Shown: in pieces, positions 29,146 through 43,342 of the stretch
Numbering within the stretch: the stretch's first letter is position 1
How the letters are laid out: every line of letters begins with the position of its first letter
Assembly: GCA_964016885.1 (NCBI GenBank)
Contig: OZ024741.1
Coordinates: 343,976,001 to 344,040,000 of the forward strand
Length of the DNA stretch: 64,000 bases
Direction: 5' to 3'
DNA from: Eledone cirrhosa
Lineage: Eukaryota
Program-made: the position numbers and the translations under genes
Notes under the pieces: model-generated
The model's database searches: none
The model's input: only the letters and a program-made list of their open reading frames with translations
What the model was told of the DNA's origin: nothing

Positions 29146-29640
29146 CCAGCCGGGAAAGACGTCTATCAGCGAGTCGAGATTCGCGCTCAGCAGGTGTTTC
29201 CTAGAGAAAATTAATTAATTCTACTGGTTAGCTAAGCCAATGGCAGTGTCAATAGTAAATGAGAAAAGTCTAACATGAACAAAATGGAATCAAGGTAAGA
29301 CAATAAATTTAATATAACTACGATTAGAATGTTGTAGTTGCTAAAAAGTGGTGACAGTTAGGATAAACGCAGTACTTGCTAACATTAAGGGAGAATATTG
29401 CATAAAGGATTAATCAATTGTGAATGAACTCATACCTGAGAACGCCTAATTCGTTGTCTCAAAACAGTAGTTGTACCTTTTTTGGAGGTAAGTCTTGAAC
29501 GTTTCCGTGTGGGCATAACGACGTGTAACGAAGCTGTTAGGTTAGAGAGAGGTGATTAAATACAGAGAGAGATGACACCAGATTCGTTAGCATGGTTACT
29601 GGTGAATGGGAAGGTTTGGAAATATGATTACAATAACTTA

Positions 29641-29895
29641 CCGAATTTTCCGGTCTATAAATTGCACTTAAAATAATTAAATTTAATCAAAAAACAGCTC
29701 TGCACTTTATACTCCGGTGAGCCTTATGTATAAATAATAAAATGGTAATCAATCACGGCTCTAACAGAAGTAATAGTTCTAGACTAAAAGTAAAGAAGAT
29801 AGCATTTTCCTGGTTGGCCTTACACGCCGTTGCGCGGACCTGATTTTAAATGATACGCCTTATATGCTGGTGAGCCTTATAGAGCGGAAAATATC
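29641..29895. mobile_element. TA-flanked MITE (Tc1/mariner-pogo-like)
   Basis: Imperfect TIRs ta|ccgaattttccggtctataa and ttatagagcggaaaatatc|ta, with internal ggtgagccttat repeats. Confidence 0.55.
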
Positions 29896-30699
29896 TATTG
29901 GAAAAGAATACGAATTCATGACCAAGGTGTGACAAAATAGGCGTCTATACAGCGCCTGAAACAAACTTGTCCCAAACCCTAGGATTTTTCTCGTTAAGTA
30001 TCCACCCAAAAGGAACCGTTTTTTAGTTACCAAAAATAACCAAAGTGTATAGTAGCGATATTTCTGACATATCATGCCAAAAAGAACAATATATTCAAAA
30101 AATGTTCTAAAGTACATTCAATCTCTCTTTTTGAACGATATCTTAATAAGCAAGTTATCGATTTTTTATTGGATCTCAGTGTCTATCTGCATGCAGGTGT
30201 GCGCGTGTGCGCAATTAATTGCAAATACGCTCATAACATTTAGTCGTAAGCAGAACAAAAAATGCTAATAGAGGTGGGCTAATAATGAAGACACAAACCC
30301 TGGTGAACTTACGTTTAAACACCCGAAAAGTTACTCACTTCCTGTGCAAAAGACTGTAACAGTAGTATTATAAATTAAGTAATTTTTTAGAAACTTTTGT
30401 TTAAAAAAGGAAAACATTGGTACGGACGTAACATATTTTACAACTTTGTATGTGTACAATACAACTTGGCAACGTATTATTTAGTAATTTTTTTTTCAAA
30501 AAGCATGATTATTTAAGACTGTTTGAAAATTTACTCACAGCTTTTAGCATCACAAAAGACACCATTAAATGTGGTTCCCTTTTCAGATAGGGATAATACT
30601 GTATTTCCACTTGAATAAGGTGGAATATGAAAAGATAAACTCTTTAATGGTCGGTCGTTTACTGAGACAGCTGGGAAGACATGCAGCTGGCCGTCCAAT

Positions 30700-30970
30700 C
30701 AATAACACATGTCCTTATATGGGTATATGAAATTTATTTTTATTGCGCCAGATGTAAACTAAGAGTTTTTGTGTTCGAATTCACATAAAATTTCATTGGA
30801 AACGAAAAACATTCTGTCATAGGACCCGATTATCGATTTTTCGAAAGTTTCAAGTAGCCTATTCCACTCTACGGGTTGAGTTTTATATATGTGTGAGGTT
30901 TCATGAAAATTGGATGAACGGTGTAGCATGCAAGTTCGGAACACCAAACAATGCCCATCTTCACTTTCAT
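30700..30970 (+). mobile_element. Possible non-autonomous Helitron/Helentron-like end
   Basis: gtttcatgaaaattggatgaacggtgtag...cactttcatatata resembles subterminal segments of such elements; recognised by eye only. Confidence 0.3.
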
Positions 30971-30991
30971 ATATATATATATATATATATA

Positions 30992-31570
30992 TAACGGCGA
31001 TGAATTAGTTTTGCGAGGTCTTTTAGACAAGGCTAAACAGAAAAAATAAATGGAATAACAACAACACCCAAACAAACAATACTGACCTAAGAGAAGTATA
31101 AATAAATAAATAAATACATACACAAGCACAATAACAACAAACACATATACACACACACTAGTAAACTAAAATAGAATACAATAAACAATACACAGTCAAC
31201 CAAACACGAACACACATCAAACACTATACACACACGCAAACGCATGCGCAGAGAAGACAAAAAAATAAAATAAACAGGCTAAATAAAGATGGCGTAGGCA
31301 TACAATACAACAGGAGGAAACATAATAGCACCACTGACGATGTTGCAGATGTGCAACGAATGAACTTTGTTAGACTATATATATGTGTTTGTGTCTATAT
31401 TATATCTGTATTTTTGACCATTGGTCAGTCAATGGTAACATTGGGGACCGAATAAATTAAATTAACTGATATAAAAGACACAGAAGCGAAAACCAACCAA
31501 ACAGTGAGTGTGTTCTGTTATTAATTCTGGCAATATTACACAAATATGACCCTCCCCAAGTATAACAATA
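30992..31570 (+). mobile_element. Short 3' copy of the PLE at 52595-54262, with an inverted terminal tail at its 5' side
   Basis: 31030-31570 matches 53650-54200, and 30992-31022 is the reverse complement of about 54230-54262; hammerhead core CTGACGA at 31334. Confidence 0.85.
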
Positions 31571-31748
31571 TATATATATATATATTATAATAAATGTTCG
31601 GCTAAACCCATACGTACATATATATATATGTGTGCATGTATGTATAAATATACATACTACTGTACGCCTGTATACATATATGTATGTACGTATACATACT
31701 TATATTTATGTATCAGCCGTACTAACAGGGAGAAATGACATTTTTTCC

Positions 31749-31829
<81 letters not shown>

Positions 31830-31849
31830 GAGCTGGAAAGTATGAAATG

Positions 31850-33385
31850 CATCATCAATATTATTTTTATCATCAACTGCATCACCATCATCACCATCAT
31901 CATCATCATCACCATTATCACCATCATCATTATCATTATCACCAACATCATCATCATTATCTTCATCGCCATCATTAAACCCATCATATTTTTAATCATT
32001 GTTATAATCATCCGCATCAGTATTACCACTATCATCATCATCATCATCATCATCATTGTTATCGTTAATACTATCGAGATTACCACTACTAGAAGGAACA
32101 CCATCACTACTACTCCACACATCTCCACCCCTACACCCACCACACCCAGAATCCCCACCAACACCATCACCAACACCATCACCAACACCATCACCAACAC
32201 CATCACCAACACCATTACCACTGCCACCAACACCAACACAATCATTTCTGCCACTATTACAACTACCAGCGACAAATAGAGCAGCTGCATCATCACGACC
32301 ACCGCCACCACCATAATCACCACCACAGCCAACACCATCACCACCACCACCACCACAGCAAACACCATCACCACCACCACCGCCATCACCACCACCACAG
32401 CCAACACCATCATCACCACCACCACCACCACCATCGCCATCACCACCACCATCGCCATCACCACCACCACAGCCAACACCATCATCACCACCACAGCCAA
32501 CACCATCATCACCACCACCATCGCCATCACCACCACCACAGCCAACACCATCATCACCACCACCACCACCACCATCGCCATCACCACCACCACAGCCAAC
32601 ACCATCATCACCACCACCACCACCACCATCGCCATCACCACCACCATCGCCATCACCACCACCACAGCCAACACCATCATCACCACCACAGCCAACACCA
32701 TCATCACCACCACCATCGCCATCACCACCACCACAGCCAACACCATCATCACCACCACCATCGCCATCACCACCACACAGCCAACACCATCACCACCACC
32801 ACAGCCAACACCATCATCACCACCACAACCAAAACCATCATCGCCACCACCACAGCCAACACCATCGCCATCACCACCACCACAGCCAACACCACCACCA
32901 CCACCACCACCACCATTTCCACCACCACCATCATCACCACCACACAGCCAACACCATCACCACCACCACCGCCATCACCAGAGCCAACACCATCACCACC
33001 ACCACCACAGCCAACACCATCACCACCACCACCGCCATCACCACCACCACAGCCAACACCATCATCACCACACAGCCAACACCATCATCACCACCACCAC
33101 AGCCAACACCATCAGCACCCCCACTCCCACCACCACCACCAACATCTCCCCCATCACCACCACCCACATCACCAACAGCACCGCCGCCATCACCACACCC
33201 AACAAACCCCCACCACCACCACCACCATCATCATCCCTAGCACCACCACCACCACCAACAAACAACAAAAACAACACCGTCATCATCATAATGAACACTA
33301 TATACCAGGTCCTCCCTTTCATCATCACCATCATCACCATCATCACCACCACCATCATCATCATCATCACCATCACCATCATCAC

Positions 33386-33435
<50 letters not shown>
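31850..33435. repeat. (CAT)n/(CAC)n trinucleotide array with higher-order ACCACCACAGCCAACACCATC units
   Basis: Direct reading. Confidence 0.92.
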
Positions 33436-33756
33436 AGATCAGCTTACAACTGTGTGCCATCATTATCAGATCCACCACGTATATTATTATCTCTATAAAC
33501 ATCAGATTCCTAAAGCAAACAGTATATAAGTTCACTACGTACATGTTTAGCAAAAGAAACACAACTCCAATTAAAAACAGACAAATTTTAAAATATACGT
33601 AACCATTGAAAATTATCGTATCTTTAAATATACACACACACACTAAAGTCTGCCAAGGCAGTTGTTATGTGTATGTATCTATACACACATATGTGTGAAT
33701 GTGTGAGTGTGTAAGTGTTTGTTTATGTCCATACACACACACATATATATATATAT

Positions 33757-33870
33757 AGGGTGTCTCCAAAATGTATACACTTAGATTACCTGTACAGGCA
33801 ATATTTATTAGAATGCTGTTGAAGTATGTATACATTTATTTTTTTTTTTTTGGGGGGGGGGGGGGTCATC

Positions 33871-33874
<4 letters not shown>
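33757..33874. mobile_element. Small TA-flanked Tc1/mariner-type MITE
   Basis: tagggtgtctccaaaatgtatacac ... atgtatacattt(t)n(g)ntcatcctgta imperfect TIRs. Confidence 0.55.
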
Positions 33875-33907
<33 letters not shown>

Positions 33908-34014
33908 CAAGGGCGGCCGACTGAGGTAGAAGCTGCTGAATAATCGGTCGTCCTCTTGACTCTGATTTTCAGCCCCATGGATTTTATCTGTTATATTCCT
34001 TTGGTTTAATTCGA

Positions 34015-34072
34015 ATACCTGATGATATCACCGGATTCATACTGAACCTGGTCATTGAAATGATCATAGTAT
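34015..34072 (+). ncRNA. Type I hammerhead ribozyme motif
   Basis: atac-CTGATGA-tatcaccgg...ctggtcatt-GAAA-TGATCA-TA-gtat; palindromic helix III ATGATCAT. Confidence 0.7.
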
Positions 34073-34121
34073 AATAAACCTTTTAAGGAAGTACACCAGC
34101 CCAGCCTCCTGTTATTTTATA

Positions 34122-34174
<53 letters not shown>

Positions 34175-34221
34175 TGTGTGTGTGTGTATACATTCATATA
34201 TATATACATGTATATATATAT

Positions 34222-34318
<97 letters not shown>

Positions 34319-34524
34319 ATGTATGTGTGTATATATATGTGTGTGTGTGTATGTGTGTGTGGAGGTGAGTGTGTATGTGTGTTTATAAAGAATTGGATTA
34401 TAAGTGGCAGTATCCAGTTATGTCATATATATCAAGATTTACATCAGCTGAATGTATTATAATTACCGGTCATCGTGTAAGACGAGTGACTCCAGAGTCG
34501 TATGACTTTGTGTAATGTCGGGAT

Positions 34525-34625
34525 AGTTGTGTCTACGTCTGGCACAAGGCCAGCAATTATACCAGTACAATACTGGTACTTTATTTTATCGACCCCGTAA
34601 GGATGAAAGGCAAAGTTAACCTCGG
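34525..34625 (-). mobile_element. 5'-truncated SINE copy
   Basis: ggcacaaggccagcaatt...atcgaccccgtaaggatgaaaggcaaagttaacctcgg. Confidence 0.75.
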
Positions 34626-36031
34626 GATAATTAAAGACAAAAGTATTAAAGGACGTATTTTAATTTTTAATGTTAATTGTGAATCCATCTTAAATAAACT
34701 TTGTGTGTGATACTCAAATTTTCGAACTTATGAAGCGTGGAGGTAATAAATTTATAACATGTAGCATTCCCATGTGCAGAAAATATCTTTAATCACAATC
34801 AGTTGCTACGAAAAAGGTTATAAAAATCGGTTAAAGAACTCCAGAGGAGGAAACATATTGCCATTCACTGCTACCAAGAAGCGAATTTCGTATCTCCCAG
34901 ATATTTTATCAATATTTTAAGGGACGTCTCACAACATCTTGCCGTCTAAATTACGGAACTAAACAAATAACTTGAAAATTAAACAAATGTCATGTGTAAG
35001 CTTGAATTTGGGACGTGAGAAGCGTTGAGATGCATTGAGCAACTGATGAGGTTTAAAATACCAGGCATTTAGTTTTGACTCAGGAAAAGGTCGTATCAAA
35101 TAAATGTGTGTAAACAACGATAAGAACATACACGCATCAGGATCTCATATTCTATTGTTTGTAGTAGAATCACAGAAATGTGATAAGAGACCAACAAAGG
35201 TTCAAAAATAGATTCAACATATTTATTATATTTCAATTTACATCTGTTCAGGTTTCAGGAAAATACATGAATATGCCATTTTACATAGCTAAATACTCAA
35301 TGAGGTACAACAGAAATGAAACATGGATTGCAGGTTAAAATATAGTCTAGATAGATGTGAAACAAAACGAGGATGTAGTTGATGGAACACCCAAATGATT
35401 TAGAAGTCTAACTTAAGTAGGAGCAATAACATTAAGAAAGACATGAACGACACCACAGCAGTTTATTTTGAAAATTTAGGAAAGTAGATTTATAAGTATG
35501 AATTTTCATGTTTTTTATTATTGTCACTGTGGCCTAGCGGTAAAGACAAGAGTCGGTGGGGATCCAGGTCTTTGGTTCTATCCTAGTCAAGAGGTGCATG
35601 TAACAATTTTTAGTTTTTATTTTACAACCAATAGAAAAAAACTGACCAGGAACGAACTTCATACCAGGACCACCACCGTCTATGATTCCTCCAACTCGGC
35701 CACAGAGGAAGGTACAATGAAAATTGATAATTATAAACCTACTTTCAAAATCAAAGTTAAAAATATGTGCTGTCATTCATGGCTTTCCTAGAGCTATTAG
35801 TAATATTTAGGGTCGACTTCTGGTTATTATTGAAAGTTTTCGCAAAATCTATATTTTTTTTTTGAGAAGGTAAGATATTTTTCCGCAAAAATTTGATTGC
35901 ACTGTTTTGTTTCCGCTTATTTATTTTTCGAAAATGTTATTTATTCATTATAAAAATTAAATGATAGCATTCTATATGGAGGTGGGACTCTTCATCTCCC
36001 GACAACCAATATTTTTAGACCCAGTCCGCCA

Positions 36032-36076
<45 letters not shown>

Positions 36077-36517
36077 ATGTGTTACACCCTCCAGTAATCC
36101 GATGATTTGATCAGAGACACACACTGTATTTAAGGTCAAGTGACGCAACTTCGAGTGATTAGCGGCCTTTAGACTCACCTGATCAATGAAACAATTGTTA
36201 ATACTGTAAATAAAACCCTTTTTGTACAGCTGACCATGTTATTCTTTACTCTTTAACTATATATATACGTGTGTGTGTGTGTTTATGTGTGTCTCTCTCT
36301 CTGTACGCATGTGTGTGTTATTGTGTGTGTGTGTATGCATGTGTAGCAATATCAGTAGGTGTGATAAGGAAAAAGGAAAACAGTGCTCAATCGTATAAGG
36401 GCCTGAGGAAAGGTCACTAATTTGATGTTACTTGTATTCTGGAGGTATGGTCAAATTTGGGCCTCGAAACCTTGAATAGCGTTCTTCCGTATATAAACAT
36501 AAATAGATAATATTATA

Positions 36518-36897
36518 GTGGATTGGCAGTATCGGTAGAGGGTCGGACGCCATGCTTTGAAGCATAGAGTTAACCCCCCCGTATGATCTGAGTTCAAATC
36601 CCGCTGACGTTAACTTTGCCTTTCATCCTTACGGGGTCGATAAAGTAAAGTACCAGTAATGCACTGGGTAATTGCTGGCCTTGTGCCAAAAGTAGAAACA
36701 ATTATATATACATGTAGGGCAGTATCGGTAGAGGGTCTGACGTCATGCATTGCAGTAAAGAGTTACGGCCCTTTGCGATCTGAGTTCAAATCCCGCCGAG
36801 GTTAACTTTGCCTTTCATCCTAACGAGGTCGATAAAATAAAGTACCAGTAATGCACTGGGATAATTGCTGGCCTTGTGCCAAAAGTAGAAACAATTA
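36518..36897 (+). mobile_element. Two tandem SINE copies (36518-36705 and 36718-36897)
   Basis: A/B-box head, core and tail present in both copies. Confidence 0.88.
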
Positions 36898-36912
36898 TAT
36901 ATATATATACTG

Positions 36913-37038
<126 letters not shown>

Positions 37039-38150
37039 AACAAAGAAAGAGATCACCAAGTTCAACAGTTAATACATTATATATTTGATCAACACGTGTT
37101 GCATTCCGTTATATATATATAATTGAGCCTGACAATTTCTTTATAAGGGTATTGTAAATAGTATCCAGAGAAATTAAAACACGTGCAGATTAAATAAATA
37201 AGGTAATAACTGTTTACCTTGACCGGAAGTATACCAACTGGATTTACCTCTGAAATATCTCTCGGTATTTTTGATAATAAATTAAACCACATTTCAGCTT
37301 TAAACAAATATCTGTACGCCTTACTGTTGTTTTATCAACTTATAGAATTTGACTATATCTGTATATAATATTATTCTTTCTTTCCCATTACCTTATCATG
37401 TTCCACATCACGCCTTTTGTTCTTTTTTCTTTTTCCTCCAAAAACCTTGTTTGTACATAATATTATTCTTTCTTTCCCATTTCCTTAACATGTTCAACAT
37501 CACATTATCTTCTCACTAACATTGTGTACCAATACTAATTCCCCCCTTTGATAATGAATAAAATCCTGAAACTGGTAATAGACAATTATTAAATATATAA
37601 ATAAATAAATAAATAAATAAATGCCATTGTTAATTAATAAGTAAATTAACTAATACCTTAACACTTCACACAAAGTATTTTTTTTTGTTTTAAACATTTT
37701 CTAACCCAGAAAAAAAGAGAAAAAATAAAAGGAAAAATATATATTTTTCCTCCTAATAATCGTCTTTTTCTCCCTGTTTACACATATATATATACAAATA
37801 TATATATATATATTTATATATATATATGTGTGTGTCTGTGTGTAAAGGTAAACAGAAATAACAACACAATCGGTACAGTGTCTGGAAGGGATATATTAGG
37901 TTAACGCTTGATATAGCAGGAAGAGGGTTTTAACATATCGGACACTAGTCCTTCATCGGAAGAAAGAATGAGAAATAAGATAGAGTGAGTGGACAGGCGG
38001 GTTGTAATTAGAAAAATGTATTTAGATAAAAATAACGGGTCCATTCATGTTAACATACTAAGGTTATGCTCCCGAGGCCATCCAAATAAAAACGACAAGG
38101 GAACGGAAAAAATGATGCTCGTGAAGCTTTCGCCCGTTCCCTTGTTGGAC

Positions 38151-38185
<35 letters not shown>

Positions 38186-38767
38186 TTGCATCTATATATA
38201 TAAATACATATAAGTATGTATGTATGTACGTTTATATATATATATATACGTATGTACCTACGTATATGTGTATGTACGTTTCTATATATATGTGTATAAC
38301 GAAATAATATTAAATCCGTTCCACATATCATATAATCTTATATATATTTATACGCATGCAGGATCACGAAATACCTAAGAATTAGCCATAATTATCATAA
38401 CATGGTAAGAAGATCATTTTAAATAGAAGCTATGATATTTCACATACTTAACACAGCTCCATATTTTTTCTGCATGTAATTATTTCACAGCAGTTGAGGT
38501 GGTCTTCATTTTCATTTCGGTATTTTTCTTCGTTTTCGTTCTTTTTATGTATCTTGTTTTAATGAATTCTTCATTTACTTTTCGCTTTACCGATTTCTTG
38601 ATTCTAAAAGTGATTAATTTTCGGGGATATTAGCTAAACTACTAATCATCTGCTGCTATATAATTTCAGCTTTGTCACCTGCATTGTGTATATATGCCTT
38701 ATATATATATATATATATAAGACATATAGCCACAATGTAGGTGACAAAGCTGAAATATATATATATG

Positions 38768-38798
<31 letters not shown>

Positions 38799-39089
38799 AT
38801 GTGTGTGAGTGTGTGTGTGTGTGACTGTGCACCTGGTTGTGTGTGTGTATTTATATATATTGTATGCAAATATGTGTGCATGTGAGTTTATGAGCGATGG
38901 CGTTGGTGTGGAAGTATATGGGTTCAGGTATGGCTGTGTGGTTAAGCAGCTATCTTAAGTAGTTCGGGCTTCAGCACCGCTTTATCGCAATTTCTTCTTC
39001 TATGACATCGGATTTACCAATGCCTTGAATGGAATTTGGTAGACGCAAACTGCCAAATCTCGTCATACACACACACACACATACACGCA

Positions 39090-39188
<99 letters not shown>

Positions 39189-39660
39189 TTCGTTTTGAAT
39201 TTGTTTTGCAGGTTTTTTTTATCTGAAAACGTGTGTTGAAGCACATATTGTTATGCTTTGGGAGAGTCATGCTGCCAATAAAAATACACACACCTGTTGG
39301 TTTTCATTTATTACAAATTTCCGGTTGGTTGGTTCAATATTGTCAAATCTCCTTCGTCACATTTTCTGTGAACTCCTCAGTGACTGATTTGTTATGTTGT
39401 GTCTCTCCTTTGTTCTGTCCTACATCATCTTGTTTTAGGTGTAGGACAGAACAAATGAGAGACATAAAATAACATATAAATTACTGAGGAAGTCACAAAA
39501 TGTTTGACGAAAGAACTTTGATAATATATAAACAAACATCCGATTATTGAAACAACCAACCGCAAATTTGAAATAAATCGAAGTGAAAACCTAGAGGTAC
39601 ATGTATTTTTATTGGCCACATGTCCCTCCCAAAGTGTAACGATGTATGTACATATATATT

Positions 39661-39699
<39 letters not shown>

Positions 39700-39983
39700 A
39701 AATAACGAAACGAAATTAAATTTCGTTTCGCTTCTAACTCACTTTTGTATGACTGACGCTTAAACAATTAAGTTAAAGTGTACATCTACATATGTATACG
39801 GAAGTATTAGTATGCATATGAATACACACATGTATACATATGTACATGTACTGAGTTTTTCACTAGACACTTTACAGTGAGTGTCAGCTAGTCTGTATGT
39901 AACCACACAGACGGACCGGGTTTTAGAGTCATACGAGTTTTCAAGGAAACACATTTCCTCTATTCGCCAGAGGGCCAGACAGG

Positions 39984-40028
39984 AATATTGGACTAGTTTC
40001 GATGTTATTACATCTCATCAGCAATATT
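39984..40028 (-). ncRNA. Canonical minimal type I hammerhead ribozyme
   Basis: Minus strand: aatattg-CTGATGA-GATGTaataACATC-GAAA-CTAG-TC-caatatt. Confidence 0.85.
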
Positions 40029-40541
40029 TACCCATCTTCCGGCTTCTCTGGAGAATTGTAAAAGCACATATCGTTATATGCTTTCTCTATGAAAATTAGT
40101 AGTGGGTAGACTAATTTGCATAGAACGTGAGTCATTGTACGCACCGGTTCAGCGGAAACGATAAAAACAAATAACGAAACGAAATTAAATTTCGTTTCGC
40201 TTCCAACTCACTTTTGTATGACTGACGCTTAAACAATTAAGTTAAAGTGTACATCTACATATGTATACGGAAGTATTAGTATGCATATAAATACACACAT
40301 GTATACATATGTACATGTACTGAGTTTTTCACTAGACACTTTACAGTGAGTGTCAGCTAGTCTGTATGTAACCACACAGACGGACCGGGTTTTAGAGTCA
40401 TACGAGTTTTCAAGGAAACACATTTCCTCTATTCTCCAGAGGGCCAGACAGGAATATTGGACTAGTTTCGATGTTATTAGAGAAAGCATATAACGATATG
40501 TGCTTTTACAATTCTCCAGAGAAGCCGGAAGATGGGTAAAG

Positions 40542-40580
40542 ATTGCTGATGAGATGTAATAACATCGAAACTAGTCCAAT
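40542..40580 (+). ncRNA. Canonical minimal type I hammerhead ribozyme (inverted copy)
   Basis: attg-CTGATGA-GATGTaataACATC-GAAA-CTAG-TC-caat; predicted cleavage after C40576. Confidence 0.85.
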
Positions 40581-40634
40581 ATTCCTGTCTGGCCCTCTGG
40601 AGAATAGAGGAAATGTGTAGATGTACACTTTAAC

Positions 40635-40695
<61 letters not shown>

Positions 40696-40969
40696 AAAAA
40701 GTATGACCCCGATGGCAGAGATCAAGCCGTTTCGACGGCTATTTCTGGACTAAATAAGTCCAGAAATGGCCGTCGAAACGGCTTGAGCTCTGCCGTCGGG
40801 GTCATACTTTTTCCAATTACCCACTCTACTACCCTAAGTATTGAGTTCTATGGTGCGTTATGGTCCATCTGGTTCCTTACCACAACTCCTTCGCTATATA
40901 TATGTATATATATATATGAATGACGTAAAATAAGAAAATTTTAAAAATTAACTTACTTACTAAAATTTC

Positions 40970-41052
40970 ACTCCAACTAATTAGTTTCTGAAAGGGAATA
41001 AAGATAGTTTCCAAATGGAAAGCATGGAGAAGCCGTTTCGTCATCAGGAAGT
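40970..41052 (-). ncRNA. Type I hammerhead motif, diverged sibling of 9035-9116
   Basis: Minus strand: acttc-CTGATGA-cgaaa...tttca-GAAA-CTAATTAG-TT-ggagt. Confidence 0.7.
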
Positions 41053-41371
41053 CTGTTCTCAGCTAAGATACCTGGCGATGCGTGGACACAGGGAACTTAT
41101 ACAAAAATAATTCAGTGGATGGAAAAAAGCAAGCCTGGACTAAATTCCAAGACATTGAAAAAATCACTGCCTACTTGGTCGGTGGCAAATTCAAAAGAAT
41201 CAATCACGTAACATCGAGGTTAATCAGTGAGGAGTGGGGTGTTAAAAAGACAGTAGCCAAGCCACTACTATGAACTATAGTAGCAGTTTTGGCAAATTTT
41301 TGCTCAACAAAATAATTTGAAGATAATTATAAAGAATTAGTATATCTACCAACAAATATATATACAGATGC

Positions 41372-41449
<78 letters not shown>

Positions 41450-41454
<5 letters not shown>

Positions 41455-41705
41455 TATTCAGAATATTAATAAATGAAGACATTGACATAATCAAAATATA
41501 TGTTTTATTATATATATGTCTAAGGTACTGTGCTGTTTTTTCAATTGAACCATCAAGACCGTTGAGGTATGTCATACATCAATTCATGTATTTTATCTGA
41601 CGAGGACGTACTGAAAAACCAGCACAGTGCCTTCTAAATATATATAATAAAACATATATTTTGATTATGTGAATGTCTTTATTTATTAATATTCTGAATA
41701 ATATT
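41450..41705. repeat. Inverted-repeat module between (TA)n tracts
   Basis: attattcagaatattaataaat...gtactgtgctg versus cagcacagtgcc...atttattaatattctgaataat. Confidence 0.8.
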
Positions 41706-41795
41706 AATAACTCCAGAAAACTTACTTGTAGAGTGCTTTTAATCTATTGTAAAACTATATTCATTGAGTAATCAATGAACCATATTAATCTTTGG

Positions 41796-41840
<45 letters not shown>

Positions 41841-41921
41841 CCACTCTCAAAAGCGTGAACCTAATAAACTCATATTTGTACTGCCTCTCTGTTTTTGTTC
41901 CTGTCTAAGATTTAACCCTAC

Positions 41922-41996
<75 letters not shown>

Positions 41997-42200
41997 TTGA
42001 CTGCGTACACGTGCTTTTTCTCCAAAAAATATTTTCCGTTGCTTTCTCTCACTCTTTATATTTCTATTTCATCATTTATTTCTCATTCTATCTTGAAGGA
42101 CTGGTGTCTATAACTTTAAGACTCTTTTCCTACTATATCAAGCATTAACCTAGTTAAATATTATTCTGTGATGTTTGTTTTATTGTCTTCATTTACGATT

Positions 42201-42281
<81 letters not shown>

Positions 42282-42461
42282 ATATAACGGAGGAGTTGTG
42301 GTTAGGAACCAGATGGACCATAACGCACCAGAGTACTCAATACTTAGGGTAGTAGAGTGAGTAATAGGAGAAAGTATGACCCGACGGAAAAAAAACGAAT
42401 ATAATACGTCAGTACCAGTAATGCACTGGGTAATTGCTGGCCTTGTGCCTAAAGTAGAAAC

Positions 42462-42870
42462 AATTATTTGGAGCGGTGAAAAACACAAAGACAAAACCAT
42501 GTTCACCTCGCTCCACATATGACGTATTATCTTCGTTGTTTCCGTTCATTGCCAGAGAACGTCTCTATGAACCACGTAATAGAATATTAGTCTACGACTT
42601 ATTTTATACCATAAACGTGGTTCTGTCTTTGCGTGTAATTGTTTTTCACCGCTCCAAATAATGACGTATTATATTCGTTTTTTTCCCGTTTTTTGCCAGG
42701 GGACGTTTCCACGAACCAAAGTATCGTCTTCCTGTCTTCCTCCAGTTGCAACGTTTTTTGAAATATTCACTTCTGCGCGTTCACAGATTGACTTTGTTAG
42801 TTTCAGAAGATCCCGTTAAGGGTGAAAGCAGCGATTTTTGCTTAAACTTTAATCTGTTATGTTAATCAAT
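42462..42870 (+). repeat. Dispersed module; copy at about 23930-24330
   Basis: Near-identical cgctccacatatgac...cccgttaagggtgaaagcagcg; carries the U4A hammerhead-like motif at 42799-42848. Confidence 0.85.
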
Positions 42871-43250
42871 ATATATCTATATATATATATATATATTAGA
42901 GTGGAAGTGAGTGAAATCGAAGTTGCGCCTCTCGGCCAGCATCCAGGAAAGAACAATATTCGCAAGCATTTCACGAAGCACTCAATAAAAAATATCGATA
43001 AATCAATAAGTTATATCTTAGAGTAATAAACATGCGTTAAATGGCATGACTAATTGAAGACTGTGGTTAAGGGGACAAAGCCACAGAGGCCACCACAATA
43101 ACGAAAATACAATCAGGTTGAATAACGAACCTGGACCGTGAGGAAGGATATTATACATGCTCGATTGGTTTCTGTGAAAACCTAAATCAACAATCCGACT
43201 TGCGCAATATGTAAGTTTGTAGAGTTTGAAGATCGAACGCGGACTCACGT

Positions 43251-43342
<92 letters not shown>

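Larger units (their letters stand above)
39697..40640. mobile_element. (TA)n-bounded module: direct duplication plus inversion, hammerheads on both strands
   Basis: 39697-40010 repeats at 40166-40478, and 40480-40640 is inverted. Confidence 0.8.

Noticed and set aside
31751-32776. 341 aa hydrophobic ORF
   Set aside because: Low-complexity trinucleotide repeat that runs into (TA)n.
35040-35070. CTGATGA-ggt...acc
   Set aside because: No GAAA or helix III follows.
35498-36033. Possible hAT element (DPGLW peptide and a CAGTGGCGGACTGGG-like end)
   Set aside because: No matching second TIR, TSD or transposase core was found.
37915-37965. CCGATGA-aggactagtgtcc-GATA on the minus strand
   Set aside because: Helix II is good, but there are two core changes and no helix I; at best a relic.
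41595-41630. CTGACGA...GAAA
   Set aside because: Helices II and III do not pair convincingly.
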